Of a stretch of 64,000 bases of DNA, positions 18,701-29,952 are shown in pieces. Both the position numbers and the translations under genes were made by a program. The stretch lies in the IMG/VR virus record IMGVR_UViG_3300047564_005847; one strand, written 5' to 3'. The stretch comes from an uncultured virus (IMG/VR IMGVR_UViG_3300047564_005847) (lineage: Duplodnaviria; Heunggongvirae; Uroviricota; Caudoviricetes). The notes under the pieces were generated by a model. The model was not told where the DNA came from. It did no database searches and was given only the letters and a program-made list of their open reading frames with translations. Position 1 is the stretch's first letter; each line of letters starts with the position of its first letter.

Positions 18701-21037
18701 ATGTCAACTAAATTTCTTAGAAAAACTGCAAGGCGCATCATAAGAGACAACGACCAGTTCCAAGATGCATATCCCAAGCTGATCAGATCATCAGATCCGC
18801 TTGATAACGGTATCGACAGTAACATAAAGTTTTCAGATAATAGGACAATCGTATTCTCAACAAACAATACGACATTTCCTGCGATGGTTCCCGTTGGATC
18901 AACAACGCTACCTTCTAGTTCAATCAGCGCAAATGTTGTTATTGATGTTGCCGCCGTTGAACAGAGTGTGCAACTACCAGGCAGCGTGGAGGGGCTTGAG
19001 CCTTTCAATGAGAGCCTTTTCAGTATTCCAGGAACAAGTGAATATACAACAACGTCTTCTCTAGCATACGGATTTACATCTGCAGCACGCAACAAGATTG
19101 CGATACCGATTGATATTACACCCACCCAAGAAAAGCTTCTCTGCCGCCTGAGATCGGGAGAAGTAAACACAAATCCCAATAGTGAGTTTTACGGTAAGCC
19201 AAGCACAGGATTTTGCTATTTTAATTTTGATTTAAAACGCTGGGAAGATATTGGCTTTGGATATGCACCCTCTTACAACGGACATATGGGTAAGTTTTCA
19301 GGGCACCGCTATTTTATGGCACAGTTCCAGGGAACATCAAACCTTGCACACATAACCAATGCATACGGATCCAGTCAAAATGCAATGACTGCTGTAGGAT
19401 ACAAAAATATTGGTTCACCTACAATGTTCTTTGACGCGCCAAACGCTAGAAGGTATTACGCAACGGGTAGTCAGGCATTGTCTCTGTCAAACTACATTGA
19501 TCAACCGTTCATGCTCGAAAGAGTTGATGTAACTTTGCCATTTGTCGCAAGAAGAAAACATCCAGGACAACCATTCACATCAAATATAAAAGATGGTGCT
19601 TATCGAGATGTTGATAACCTTGTATTTTTTCTCTATAGACAGACACAGCCTCCAAGTGATCATCCAGACGGAGCTCAAATCGCAAGCCAGCGTTTTCTCA
19701 TCACAAATGGGTCACTTACATTCTATAATAGTAAAGTTAATGAAGCAGTCAGCTTTACAACACATAATCCAGAATTTAGCTATGACTATAATATTCCACT
19801 AACGTCTATAGTTGCAAGTACTTTTACAGGTTCAGTTACATTCTCAATTTACCCGAAAGACTATCCAGCACAGTTTGGAGGCGTTTCGTCATTCTCGTCA
19901 GACTCGGGTTACAGCGCTACAACTTATCTTGTTGAAACTATGAATTTTTGGCCAGGTAGCGTGCAGAATATTGTAACAGCATCTGCTGATGCTGATGTTG
20001 ATAATGCCGGGTTTTATGTCTACAGAACTAGCAACGCACCTGTAGCAGGAGATGATTACGCAGACACAAGATTTAAAGGTTTTGTCTCAACAGACACGCG
20101 CTTACTGAAAAGAGTCGAGGGATCTTTAATACCATCAAGTGGCATTATAAGCAATGCGCTTCCACAGACAGGCAGCTCACCTTACCTTCTCCTTCCTACA
20201 GATCAGTTAATCTTTGGAATTGAGTCAGATGTCTGCACAGTTCTGCCTACAGGCTCTCTGGTATCTCCAGCTGGATATGACGATTCGTTTTTAAGCCAAA
20301 CAGGCTCATTCTTTAAGCTTCTTGCAGAGAAGGCACAAGTTACTTTATTCGGTTCACTTATACAGAGCGGCATCTCTAAAACACACAACAGCCTTAACCA
20401 AAATTTAATCTCACCTGCAGTGCATGAGATTGTTGCAAATATACAAGATGATAGTGACCAGTTTGACGTGGCCGAGAAGAAAACTTTCTACGGTAATTAC
20501 ATTGATAACTACGTGGCAGGTTCGATATTAGATGGCACGCGTCGCGTTTATGCTAGCTTGACAAATGACCCACCATTTCTATCGGGATCATTCACACGTC
20601 AAGTTATGTTAGTAGATGATCAGAAAACTTACTACCAGAACGGGCCAACGACAATCTCAATTGGGCCCCCACCGTTTACATCTTTTTTTGACATTGCATA
20701 CAGCAACCCTACAAAACCAAAGAACTATTTTAGATACGATCGATACGGTAATCTTAGAGACATGCTTGAGCAGGCACGAGATTACAGAATATTCAACAAA
20801 ACCATCTACAAAAAAAGTGGAGGATTTGAAGAACAAGGGCCCGCATACGCCAAGTTCGTCTTGTCATCATCTGATATACCTGTGTCAGCATCACTAACCC
20901 AGTGCAATAACCTTAGCCCGTACATGACGGGAACATTTCCATTTGCTGATGATGTTGGAACGTCAACTTCACGCGGCCCGTACACAACAACACAGAATAA
21001 TCCCTTCATTCCGATCACCAACATTTTCAAGACATGA
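18701..21037 (+). CDS. Hypothetical virion/tail-appendage protein
   Basis: 778-aa Ser/Thr/Gly-rich ORF tightly packed in the structural module. Confidence 0.7.
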   Translation: MSTKFLRKTARRIIRDNDQFQDAYPKLIRSSDPLDNGIDSNIKFSDNRTIVFSTNNTTFPAMVPVGSTTLPSSSISANVVIDVAAVEQSVQLPGSVEGLEPFNESLFSIPGTSEYTTTSSLAYGFTSAARNKIAIPIDITPTQEKLLCRLRSGEVNTNPNSEFYGKPSTGFCYFNFDLKRWEDIGFGYAPSYNGHMGKFSGHRYFMAQFQGTSNLAHITNAYGSSQNAMTAVGYKNIGSPTMFFDAPNARRYYATGSQALSLSNYIDQPFMLERVDVTLPFVARRKHPGQPFTSNIKDGAYRDVDNLVFFLYRQTQPPSDHPDGAQIASQRFLITNGSLTFYNSKVNEAVSFTTHNPEFSYDYNIPLTSIVASTFTGSVTFSIYPKDYPAQFGGVSSFSSDSGYSATTYLVETMNFWPGSVQNIVTASADADVDNAGFYVYRTSNAPVAGDDYADTRFKGFVSTDTRLLKRVEGSLIPSSGIISNALPQTGSSPYLLLPTDQLIFGIESDVCTVLPTGSLVSPAGYDDSFLSQTGSFFKLLAEKAQVTLFGSLIQSGISKTHNSLNQNLISPAVHEIVANIQDDSDQFDVAEKKTFYGNYIDNYVAGSILDGTRRVYASLTNDPPFLSGSFTRQVMLVDDQKTYYQNGPTTISIGPPPFTSFFDIAYSNPTKPKNYFRYDRYGNLRDMLEQARDYRIFNKTIYKKSGGFEEQGPAYAKFVLSSSDIPVSASLTQCNNLSPYMTGTFPFADDVGTSTSRGPYTTTQNNPFIPITNIFKT

Positions 21038-21047
21038 TGACACTGTT

Positions 21048-21054
21048 ATAATTA
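21048..21054 (+). promoter_or_regulatory. Putative late promoter ATAATTA
   Basis: Recurrent motif, 7 nt before the ATG. Confidence 0.55.
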
Positions 21055-21061
21055 GAATAGC

Positions 21062-22075
21062 ATGTCTGGTATTCTCGATTCAAAAACACGCATCATGGAC
21101 GTCGTTCTCACTGTTGAGGGCCGCCGCCAGATCGCTGCAGGAAAATTTGTCCCACAGTTCGCATCTTTTACAGATCGACATGTTTTCTACGCAAAAGATG
21201 CTGTGAGTGGATCAGATGATGCATCTGCATACATCTACTTTGAAGCAGGCAATCGTGTCCAGGATCAGATCGTCATCGAGAACGACGACAGTGGCTTGCT
21301 GGTTCCTTATGACGGCAGTACGACAAGAGTTTCGTCTGATGGTCGAGTTTACTCCGCATCTATAGATACACTGACATCACCGGGTGGAGTGGGAACTTAC
21401 AATCGCGTCAACTATGCACCTGTGACGAGCTCATTTGCATCCATGTTTGAGCTGGTCAGTGGATCCATCCTTGACAGTCTGACTGATCAGCAACTCATCC
21501 AGACGACACTACCCTACGAGATCTACAGTCAATTCAAGCTGACGACAGGATCTATCACTTTCCGAAGAAACAACTTTGTCCCATTTCGTGGAACGCAGCC
21601 TGTAGGACAGATTGGATCACTTGATCCTTTCATGATTGACCGGCAACTCGCTCATCTAGATAATTTTCAGTTTTTAGCTCCTGTCTACATAGATGATACT
21701 GACGTCCAGCAAAATTTGGGCACGTACCTGCCAATCTCTGAAGTAGAACCACTAACTTATGATGAGCTGATGCGCAATCTTGTCGGATCAGATCCTCAAG
21801 TTTCTCTCAAGGAGAAGATAACTGTTGACTTTGCTGAGACATCGCTTGCGAGCAACGTCTTCATGCAGATCTTTGAAGGCTCAACAACAGATAGCACAGG
21901 TGTTGAGATGCTCAAGAAACTTGACTGCATTGACTTTGGTGAGTTTAAAGATGAGAATGACAGGCAGCGCCCGTTCAAGCGCGTATTTTTCGTCGGCAAG
22001 GTTTATGCTGCTGACAGCGAGGATAACTTTCAGGCACCTGCCTTCGTTAATCTCTTTACAATCGTGGCGGAGTAA
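21062..22075 (+). CDS. Baseplate-associated protein whose N-terminus resembles the tail-collar fibre domain
   Basis: DVVLTVEGRRQIAAG...FTD..VFY, which is similar to the N-terminus of 29953..30657. Confidence 0.6.
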   Translation: MSGILDSKTRIMDVVLTVEGRRQIAAGKFVPQFASFTDRHVFYAKDAVSGSDDASAYIYFEAGNRVQDQIVIENDDSGLLVPYDGSTTRVSSDGRVYSASIDTLTSPGGVGTYNRVNYAPVTSSFASMFELVSGSILDSLTDQQLIQTTLPYEIYSQFKLTTGSITFRRNNFVPFRGTQPVGQIGSLDPFMIDRQLAHLDNFQFLAPVYIDDTDVQQNLGTYLPISEVEPLTYDELMRNLVGSDPQVSLKEKITVDFAETSLASNVFMQIFEGSTTDSTGVEMLKKLDCIDFGEFKDENDRQRPFKRVFFVGKVYAADSEDNFQAPAFVNLFTIVAE

Positions 22076-24493
22076 ATGAACACAGTCAACAGCGATCTGA
22101 TCACGATCATCAAAGATCTTCCACAGTCAAGCATTGACCTCAAAACTGTGACCGTTGACGATAGACAGTTTTATGAGTACACAGTCAGCTTCTTGGTCGA
22201 CCAAATTGCAGCTTATGCTGCAAATGTTAGGACGATGCGTGTTGACATTGCTTACAAGCGTGTGGGCAAGACATTCGCGCTTCTTGGTGGAAGAACTTTC
22301 ACAACAACGAGCGATATCAACAACCAGATCCTCAGCGGCAAGAGGATCCGAAGAGATTTCGTCAATGATCGCGATAAAGAGCAGCTAGATAACACTATCA
22401 CGACCCGACGAGCAGACATTTTCTCGCGCTCAAGGAAAGTGAGTCGTTTTCGTCTGCAAGGTTCAAGATTTGTTGATCTTGCAGTCATTGAGAGCACATT
22501 TGAGCCTGTTGCAGGCTTGCCCTCTAGTCAAGTATCAAAGATCATCGCATCTGATCTTATCAAGAACACACCACCCGAGGCTACGTCGTCCAGCGGCGTC
22601 AACGTGTACTCAAATCTAACTTTGTCAGGCAGAGATCCTGCAAAGCAGATTGTGGGTGCAAGCCTAGTTGAAGATGCTGAGATTGCTCGCAAGGGAATGG
22701 GTGCAGCACAACAGCAGCAGCGCACCATCGGGGGTGTGTTCACAACAACTACACTCCAGGGCAACAGGAACAACCTCCTTCCTGCAACTTTAACAGCACA
22801 GAAGCGTCAGAAAGTATCAACAGACGTGCTGCTACCGCACACATTTCGAATCCCAGCATCTTTGACACCACCTAGCGGTAAATTTACCATCATATGCACG
22901 ATCAGGAAGGCAAATGGTGACCTTATACAGAAGATTGACTTTACAATTAATCATGCGCGCCAGCTCATCAAAAATAGCGTACCAAGTCAGCTTCCAGCAG
23001 TCGGCGTCCAATTTGTGTCTAAGACGACAGCGCAAGTCAATGTCTTCAACAAAGATCCTCGAGTGACTGGGATTAGGATCTACAATCGAGACGTTCCTAC
23101 CTATCAGTCTGTGGCCCAGCAAGCACCATTCAAGGTCGTTGGAACACTTCCAGCAGATTGGCGCCAGCAGGCAATCACGAGAAAGTTACCGATCAAGTCA
23201 ACAACAAATAAGATCATTCGTGCTGTGCCTGTGCTTACATCTGGCATTGTGCTAGGCAATTTTGAGAGTAAAACGCTGTCTGTGAGAGATGAACTTGTCG
23301 CGGGTACAGTTGTCGCAACTGCGAACAAAGGAAATGTGACCATTGAGCTGTTCGGTGCTCCTGCAAATTACAAGTACGTCCAGTTTGTGCGTCGATCTAT
23401 CGACAAGAAACAGAAGCAATGGGATAACATACAGACACCACTAAAGATAGGTGCCGGGATCGCTACAATTGAAGATTTGACAGTCAACACTGAGCGTACG
23501 TATGAGTATGCAGCCTTCCTGCAGGACACTTACGGCAATATTAAGCGTGCAAGAACGACATCCGTGGTTAGAGTTACTGACTACACATCAGGCACGGAAA
23601 TTAGTGTTACGCAGAAGAGTGTAAATGTCAGCGGCGCGAGCACCACAACAACGTTTGGTGTGTCTGTTACACTTACTAAGGATAGTGATACAACAGCAAT
23701 CCTAAACGCGACGAAAGAGCAGGGAATTGATAACTACTTTGAAGAAGAGACGTTAAAGTTGTCGGGTGATCTGTCTTCCATCACAAAAGTGAATGTTAGA
23801 AGGGTATCGCTCGACACAGGTGAGATCAAAGATCTGGGTGTTGTGACACCTGGAGATTTTACTGATACAGCGACTGAGAATGTCGTCTACATCTTTGAGG
23901 GCCTCCTACGAGGCCAAGCTGATCTTTTTGAAGAGATAGGTGCAGACAAGACATCGCCCCGTGTTTTCAATCCGAGAGATGCTCTCCAGCGAAGTCAAAT
24001 TGTGTCGTCAAACTTGACGTCAAAACCACAACTTTCAAAAGTTAACTTCACACAGAAGTTCCTATCCAAGAAGGCTACACTGCGGGGAACTTTATCGTAT
24101 GGCAACACAAAAGTTACTGATGTCGACACATCAGGTTTCTTGCAAGGGCGTCTAGGTATCACGGATACATTTGCTGTAAATCAAGCAGGTGGATCGACAA
24201 ATATCAATAACTTTGAACTCGTCACAGTCGATGAAGGCCGCCGCCTCATATCATTCGATGTAATCAGCACAACTGCACAAAAAGTCATCGACTTCTTTAT
24301 CATCTCAACGATCAAGGGCGGCGTGAGATCTATCGTTGGAACGTGTCACTACGTTGACGATAGTGTACGACAAAATTTCCTTGATGACAAGACGAGGTTG
24401 AGGACGGGACAGATTGCATATGTCATCACTCCTGTTAAGTACGATGGAACAACGCTAAATGAGACAACAACGCGTCAATTCGAGGTGGTGTGA
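22076..24493 (+). CDS. Hypothetical virion protein, possibly with Fn3/Ig-like beta domains
   Basis: 805-aa ORF. IEDLTVNTERTYEYAA resembles an Fn3 tyrosine corner. Confidence 0.6.
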   Translation: MNTVNSDLITIIKDLPQSSIDLKTVTVDDRQFYEYTVSFLVDQIAAYAANVRTMRVDIAYKRVGKTFALLGGRTFTTTSDINNQILSGKRIRRDFVNDRDKEQLDNTITTRRADIFSRSRKVSRFRLQGSRFVDLAVIESTFEPVAGLPSSQVSKIIASDLIKNTPPEATSSSGVNVYSNLTLSGRDPAKQIVGASLVEDAEIARKGMGAAQQQQRTIGGVFTTTTLQGNRNNLLPATLTAQKRQKVSTDVLLPHTFRIPASLTPPSGKFTIICTIRKANGDLIQKIDFTINHARQLIKNSVPSQLPAVGVQFVSKTTAQVNVFNKDPRVTGIRIYNRDVPTYQSVAQQAPFKVVGTLPADWRQQAITRKLPIKSTTNKIIRAVPVLTSGIVLGNFESKTLSVRDELVAGTVVATANKGNVTIELFGAPANYKYVQFVRRSIDKKQKQWDNIQTPLKIGAGIATIEDLTVNTERTYEYAAFLQDTYGNIKRARTTSVVRVTDYTSGTEISVTQKSVNVSGASTTTTFGVSVTLTKDSDTTAILNATKEQGIDNYFEEETLKLSGDLSSITKVNVRRVSLDTGEIKDLGVVTPGDFTDTATENVVYIFEGLLRGQADLFEEIGADKTSPRVFNPRDALQRSQIVSSNLTSKPQLSKVNFTQKFLSKKATLRGTLSYGNTKVTDVDTSGFLQGRLGITDTFAVNQAGGSTNINNFELVTVDEGRRLISFDVISTTAQKVIDFFIISTIKGGVRSIVGTCHYVDDSVRQNFLDDKTRLRTGQIAYVITPVKYDGTTLNETTTRQFEVV

Positions 24494-27400
24494 TGGCTTA
24501 TAGGTTTAGTAATGCCTTAGCTAGCTTGCAGGTTCAAGCACGGCGTAATACAACAACAACAGATGAAGCAACAAATGCATTTTCTGATGCACAATCAGCA
24601 AGAGAAGAAGCAGGCAGCAGAGGAACAACAGCAGAAGACATTACAGCTCGATTGGCGCAGCGAGGGCCGAGTTTTAGGTCAAGGTCAACAACAGGCGCAG
24701 TGCGAGGCAGCGTGCAGCAGCGCCAGAACTATGGAAGCATGCTACAGCAAATGCTTGAAGACGATCAAGATTATAACTTGCTAGATGCTTCATCACGTGA
24801 TGTTTACCTCACTGCTTCACATGGATTAACGTCACAGTACCCAGCAATTCTATTGACGACACCTAGAGCGGCTAAAGTTGTAGATGTAGGCTCTGGATTA
24901 ACAACAACACCGTTCATTATTGATCTCAATAATGAAGTCAAGAAGACAGTTGAGAGTGACGTCAAAGTGGCTCTCGATCAAAACACGGCATTACTGCAGC
25001 TTACAACTACCCAATATGATCAGAGTGTGCAGATTGCAAGGCAATATTCAGATCTATGCTTACAAACTGCAATTTCGAAAGACAAGCTGATCAGGCTTCT
25101 AAATATTGCAAATGTTGACACAAATCAGAATTCTTATTTTAGATCGTTTAATTTAATTGGAGAACGTTACGACTATCTAAGAAGTGTAAGCAGTATTACA
25201 GATTATTTGAAGAACATAAATGAAGATTACAACATCAATGTGTTTAAAGTTGGTACAAATACACAATCAATTGCTCAAATACTTAAGACAGTATATTTTT
25301 ATTTCTTATTTGGCGAGCTGGCTTTCACTGAAAATTATTCTTTAAATGGGCCCTATGCAGCTGCTAAAGAAGGAATAATAGACGGGTACTTGAGTGAATT
25401 TTATGTTAACCAGATTAGAAATCTTAGAAAAATTGTACCTGAAATCGTGTCAATTAATGACGCAAACGTTAGATCAGTTCAGCTGCATGATAACGGCAGC
25501 CCAATATTTGGATTTGAACCATTCAAGAATGCAGACAAAATTACAAGCCTTGTTCGCCTAATTCAGAGAGATTTAACAATTCATGGTTTAAGAAACGAGC
25601 AATTTGAAATAACGGGAAGTACAACAGACGTTACAGCTCTAGATATACTGGGAAATTACACATCGCTGTACACACAGATCAAGGATTATGAGAGCGCAAC
25701 TTCTGAAGATCGTGATGTTGTGTCAATTGGATATAGAAATATTAATGAGATCTTAGAGTCATCTGATGCCGTAGTAGGTTTTCGGTCAGAAACAAGAGCC
25801 TCGTCATCACAGAGATTTCGTGATGCTCTCGTTACCGTCGACTCGGGTGGAATTGGATATGGTAAATTTGATGTTGTCAAAGGTATTGATTACTTAATCT
25901 ACGACGATCTTTCAAGATCAAACTCATCACTAGAATTTTCTAATCTCTTGAATTCATCAGAACAGTATGATCTTTACGCAAGACAGATCAACGATCTTGT
26001 TTTTAACACGATAGTGCAGAACCAGAGCGCAATTGTTGATAAGATAAAAGATTACTTTTTAAGTTTTATACGAGGATCTGGGATCAATACAGATGAAATA
26101 AGCAGCAGTGGAAGTGCATTCAGAATTGCATGCTTTGTCATGGCTGCAAATGATGATAAAACCATGACGCGCCTTTTTAGGCTGATATGTGCACTTGATA
26201 AGAAGATAAACGATGATGATTTAAATCAAGAAGAAATAAGCGCAGCGTGCCTAAAATTGTCTGATGATATTTTTGGTAAAAGAAGCGCTGAAACTGGTGA
26301 CGGAAATGTCACAATTCTAGGTGCACAAGCAGAGAGTGTTATACTAAGCGTAGATGACGCAGCGTTCTCTTACATGCAAGATGATGACTCGTCATTTCAA
26401 ACATTTCACAATGTTGTTAGAGAAACAGAAAGAGTTTTGATTGATGACATAGGAAACTTTCAAAGGTTTTTTGATGCAAGGACATCTTTTGGTTTGACAC
26501 TTACTAGAGATGCACGTGCATTTGTCATTTTAAATCTCTTCTTAAACATCTTTAGAGAGATGAATATAACTGTTGATTACTTACCCGCCGATCAAAAAAT
26601 AACTGTCAAGTACTATCCAGATCAATTTAAAGCACTAAAGCTTTCTATAGAGAATGCCGAACTATCACCTTCTGATTTAGATACAACTATCAATCAATAT
26701 CTTGCAAATTCAACCGATTTTGTTAATAGTAATAGAGTTCAAAAATTCAAGGATAGCGTAAGGTACTTACAGAGCACCTACTTTAATTCAATAGTTCAAA
26801 AGATCAACCAGCAAAATCAAGTTTGTCTCGATCTAGTAAATCTTTTGGTCAATCACGCACAACAGATCAAAAATCAGGCTCAAGATTTCAAGACAAAAGT
26901 TGAAAATGTTGCGCGCCTGCAACGATCTAATCAGCTCCAGAGCACTGAGTCGCTTCTCAACGCTATTCAATCAGAGCAAGCTTTTCTTAAGAGAAATATT
27001 GTTGATCGATACACAAACCTCTTACGAGGCGCAGCTTATCTTCCAACTGCGATAGATCACAATGTGGGTCAAGCATTGAATACAAAGACAGCGGTCGCAA
27101 CTCATCCAGATTTGAACGACCCAATTAGCGACATAGTAACTAGACAGTTCCTGGTAGCTGTTGGGTTGCCAACGGGCCTAATGGAGGCACTAAGATATCA
27201 AAATACTGTGTCAACATCAGAGCACCTTTATAGCATTGATCTAGTATTTAAGAACCTCCAGGTTACACAGGAAGAAGAAGATACACGTACACTTGAGTCG
27301 TTTGTGACAAAAGGGTACACATTTTCAACACGTGTCTTTATTAATGAGGGCGCGCAGCAAACAGGCGGAGCTGACACTAGAGCAAGTGAACTAAAAAATT

Positions 27401-28086
27401 ACAGCCAGATTTATAGTGCTACAAAGTACAAAATTATTGATGATGCAGGAAACTATCGTGATATCTCAATTACTGACCTTGAGAGCATCCTGGGAGATAG
27501 TAAAATTGTCAATAACCATCTCATGAGCCACTACTCAAAGCTATTGTTGAAGACGACAGCAGGTATAACACTTGATGAGGAAGTTTTTGATCTCATCCCA
27601 CAAGGTAGACGCTACCCAGATGCTGCACAGGATGCTAATTACACGACAATAGTTGATCGAATTTCAGTCAACTATCCAGATACACCGGAAGGCCAGCTGA
27701 ACAAGGAGCGTGTACTTCGCGATCTATCGAGGTCAATACAACTTGCACCCGATCAGCACAAGACATCAATGATGGTGTCAAAGACGTTTGAAAGGATACA
27801 TGTGATACCTGTCGACGTCAGTGAAGTTATTGAGCAACTCCAGATCAGCAGAGAAGACATTGCATTTTTAGATGTCGTTGCCAAGGTTCGTCTTGAAGCA
27901 AGTCAGCCACCTGTCTCATTTGAGGCAGCAACAACACGTAGAAGCTACTCAAATGCACTCCAGAATGCTTTGACAACATTTGTGGAAACAGATGTTAGGT
28001 CACAAGGCATTGATAGTGTAGGAATAAATGCTGTCGTAGAGACAAGCAATCGATTTGGTGGACGCCTAGGAGGCAATAACAGATGA
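24490..28086 (+). CDS. Large hypothetical protein (probably virion-associated)
   Basis: 1198-aa ORF with overlapping start/stop junctions to both neighbours. Confidence 0.7.
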   Translation: MMAYRFSNALASLQVQARRNTTTTDEATNAFSDAQSAREEAGSRGTTAEDITARLAQRGPSFRSRSTTGAVRGSVQQRQNYGSMLQQMLEDDQDYNLLDASSRDVYLTASHGLTSQYPAILLTTPRAAKVVDVGSGLTTTPFIIDLNNEVKKTVESDVKVALDQNTALLQLTTTQYDQSVQIARQYSDLCLQTAISKDKLIRLLNIANVDTNQNSYFRSFNLIGERYDYLRSVSSITDYLKNINEDYNINVFKVGTNTQSIAQILKTVYFYFLFGELAFTENYSLNGPYAAAKEGIIDGYLSEFYVNQIRNLRKIVPEIVSINDANVRSVQLHDNGSPIFGFEPFKNADKITSLVRLIQRDLTIHGLRNEQFEITGSTTDVTALDILGNYTSLYTQIKDYESATSEDRDVVSIGYRNINEILESSDAVVGFRSETRASSSQRFRDALVTVDSGGIGYGKFDVVKGIDYLIYDDLSRSNSSLEFSNLLNSSEQYDLYARQINDLVFNTIVQNQSAIVDKIKDYFLSFIRGSGINTDEISSSGSAFRIACFVMAANDDKTMTRLFRLICALDKKINDDDLNQEEISAACLKLSDDIFGKRSAETGDGNVTILGAQAESVILSVDDAAFSYMQDDDSSFQTFHNVVRETERVLIDDIGNFQRFFDARTSFGLTLTRDARAFVILNLFLNIFREMNITVDYLPADQKITVKYYPDQFKALKLSIENAELSPSDLDTTINQYLANSTDFVNSNRVQKFKDSVRYLQSTYFNSIVQKINQQNQVCLDLVNLLVNHAQQIKNQAQDFKTKVENVARLQRSNQLQSTESLLNAIQSEQAFLKRNIVDRYTNLLRGAAYLPTAIDHNVGQALNTKTAVATHPDLNDPISDIVTRQFLVAVGLPTGLMEALRYQNTVSTSEHLYSIDLVFKNLQVTQEEEDTRTLESFVTKGYTFSTRVFINEGAQQTGGADTRASELKNYSQIYSATKYKIIDDAGNYRDISITDLESILGDSKIVNNHLMSHYSKLLLKTTAGITLDEEVFDLIPQGRRYPDAAQDANYTTIVDRISVNYPDTPEGQLNKERVLRDLSRSIQLAPDQHKTSMMVSKTFERIHVIPVDVSEVIEQLQISREDIAFLDVVAKVRLEASQPPVSFEAATTRRSYSNALQNALTTFVETDVRSQGIDSVGINAVVETSNRFGGRLGGNNR

Positions 28087-29903
28087 CCGAGACAGTCATA
28101 TCAAAACCTGCTTTGTTAGTTGATCTTCCCGAAGTCAGCAGCATAGAAGCAAAGTTCGTCTACAACTTTTTTACGCCCGATGAGCGTACTAACGAGACGT
28201 CTAATGTGTACGGTAGCGTCGGTTTTACATCGACCGACGTTGATCTAACAACATCAACGTATACAGATAATATCGGTACATCGAACATACAAAATGAAAC
28301 GCTCAGAGCGTTTTATGGACGCAACGCTGTCTATCCTAGATTTAACAGAATAACCATCACAAAGCCCCCTGTCACCATTGATAGAAACTTATCAATTAGT
28401 AGAACAGATATAAAGGGTAATGTTGCTCGAGAAGCTGCGCTTAATGTGTTTGGAAGAGTAGGTGTCAGCATTATTGACACAACGCTGGACAAGACAATTT
28501 ACCGTATCCTGTCAGGGTCAATCACTGCGCTCCAAGATCAAGAAACTAGCAGCGCATCAAGAAGAATTCTTGATGCCGTCGTGAATAGCATACAGCCCGA
28601 CGGATACAGATACGCAGTGTCTGATATGCGTCAAATCAAAGTTAGTGCTGTTGAAGAGACACTACGTGGGCTTGAGTTTGGCTTTTCTTTTCTACCTACT
28701 GTTGCAGGAACAGTTGCAGATGCCAGCCTAAACTCACCGAAGAATGTTTATGCAGATGAGATCTCTAGTACACAAACGGAATTAAATGAAGTGGAAGATC
28801 AATCTGTTGCTGGGAGCAGGCCATACGTTCTCAGAACATCTGACTATGAAGCAGATTTTAATTTTATTGATGATGCTGTCATTGTCTCACCGACACTCAA
28901 GAATAATTTAATCGGCTACATCATTCAAAAGTTTGGCACACGTGACGATGGAACAGTCGACATCTTTAGTGAGAAGCTTGATCTCAATCCAAATACAACT
29001 TCGTTCATCGATCCTGAGATCGCATACGGAAGAAGTTACAAGTACAGAGTGATCTCTCTGTATGCATGTCAGTTTCAGATGAACCAGCAAGTGACGACAG
29101 CATTTGGAACCGAAGAAGATAAACCTGTGACCAGGTATGCCTTGTTTGCGTCAAGAGGATCAGATACATCCGTCGTCTGCGAAGAGTACATTGCACCTCC
29201 TCCACCCGTTGATCTCGCATTTAGATATCGAGCTGATAATACAGGCCTAAACATTACGTGGAATTTTCCCATCAACTTGCAAGCTGACATTAAGAAAATT
29301 CAAGTTTTTCGGAGAAGCTCGACTTCGGAGCCATTTCAGTTGCTCAGAATGTACGACTTTGACGACTCAGTTATCAAGACATCAGATCCAGAGAGAGTAC
29401 CAGAACGTCTGATAACACGTAGCTTGCTACCCACTACGCTGCACAGAGACACAGAGTTCACTAAGAACAGTAGGTTCATCTATGCAGTGTGTGCCATCGA
29501 CGCGCACGGCTACACGTCTAACTACTCAGTGCAGCTTGAAGCATCTTACGATAGATACCGCAATAGGATTAACACGCGTGTCATCTCTAGATCCGATGCG
29601 CCTAAGCCATACCCTAACATTTTTCTTAACCGTGACACATTTGTCGATACCATGAAGATGTCAGGCTACACACGCCTCAACATTTATTTTGATCCTGAGT
29701 ACATCAGCATCACAGATGCAACTGGCGATGATCAAGAGCACGTTGTCTTCAACAATAACCGCGGCGATGATAACAGTTATAAACTACTTGTTGTTAATAC
29801 TGACTTCCAGCAGAGCCAAACGCTTGATATCAAGATCAACGATAGTTATGTCGAACCTCCAGTTATCACGCCTTCGACAGCCCGCGTCTTTAGGCCCACG
29901 TAA
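28083..29903 (+). CDS. Hypothetical virion protein with Fn3-like domains
   Basis: FIDPEIAYGRSYKYRV, APPPPVDL...ITW, and YAVCAIDAHGYTSNYS. Confidence 0.6.
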   Translation: MTETVISKPALLVDLPEVSSIEAKFVYNFFTPDERTNETSNVYGSVGFTSTDVDLTTSTYTDNIGTSNIQNETLRAFYGRNAVYPRFNRITITKPPVTIDRNLSISRTDIKGNVAREAALNVFGRVGVSIIDTTLDKTIYRILSGSITALQDQETSSASRRILDAVVNSIQPDGYRYAVSDMRQIKVSAVEETLRGLEFGFSFLPTVAGTVADASLNSPKNVYADEISSTQTELNEVEDQSVAGSRPYVLRTSDYEADFNFIDDAVIVSPTLKNNLIGYIIQKFGTRDDGTVDIFSEKLDLNPNTTSFIDPEIAYGRSYKYRVISLYACQFQMNQQVTTAFGTEEDKPVTRYALFASRGSDTSVVCEEYIAPPPPVDLAFRYRADNTGLNITWNFPINLQADIKKIQVFRRSSTSEPFQLLRMYDFDDSVIKTSDPERVPERLITRSLLPTTLHRDTEFTKNSRFIYAVCAIDAHGYTSNYSVQLEASYDRYRNRINTRVISRSDAPKPYPNIFLNRDTFVDTMKMSGYTRLNIYFDPEYISITDATGDDQEHVVFNNNRGDDNSYKLLVVNTDFQQSQTLDIKINDSYVEPPVITPSTARVFRPT

Positions 29904-29937
29904 TATTTAACTTATAACTTCAAGCAAAGAATATTTA
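29903..29937 (+). promoter_or_regulatory. Two tandem putative late promoters ATATTTA
   Basis: Copies at 29903-09 and 29931-37 in a short intergenic gap. Confidence 0.6.
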
Positions 29938-29952
29938 GAAACAGGTGTACAA

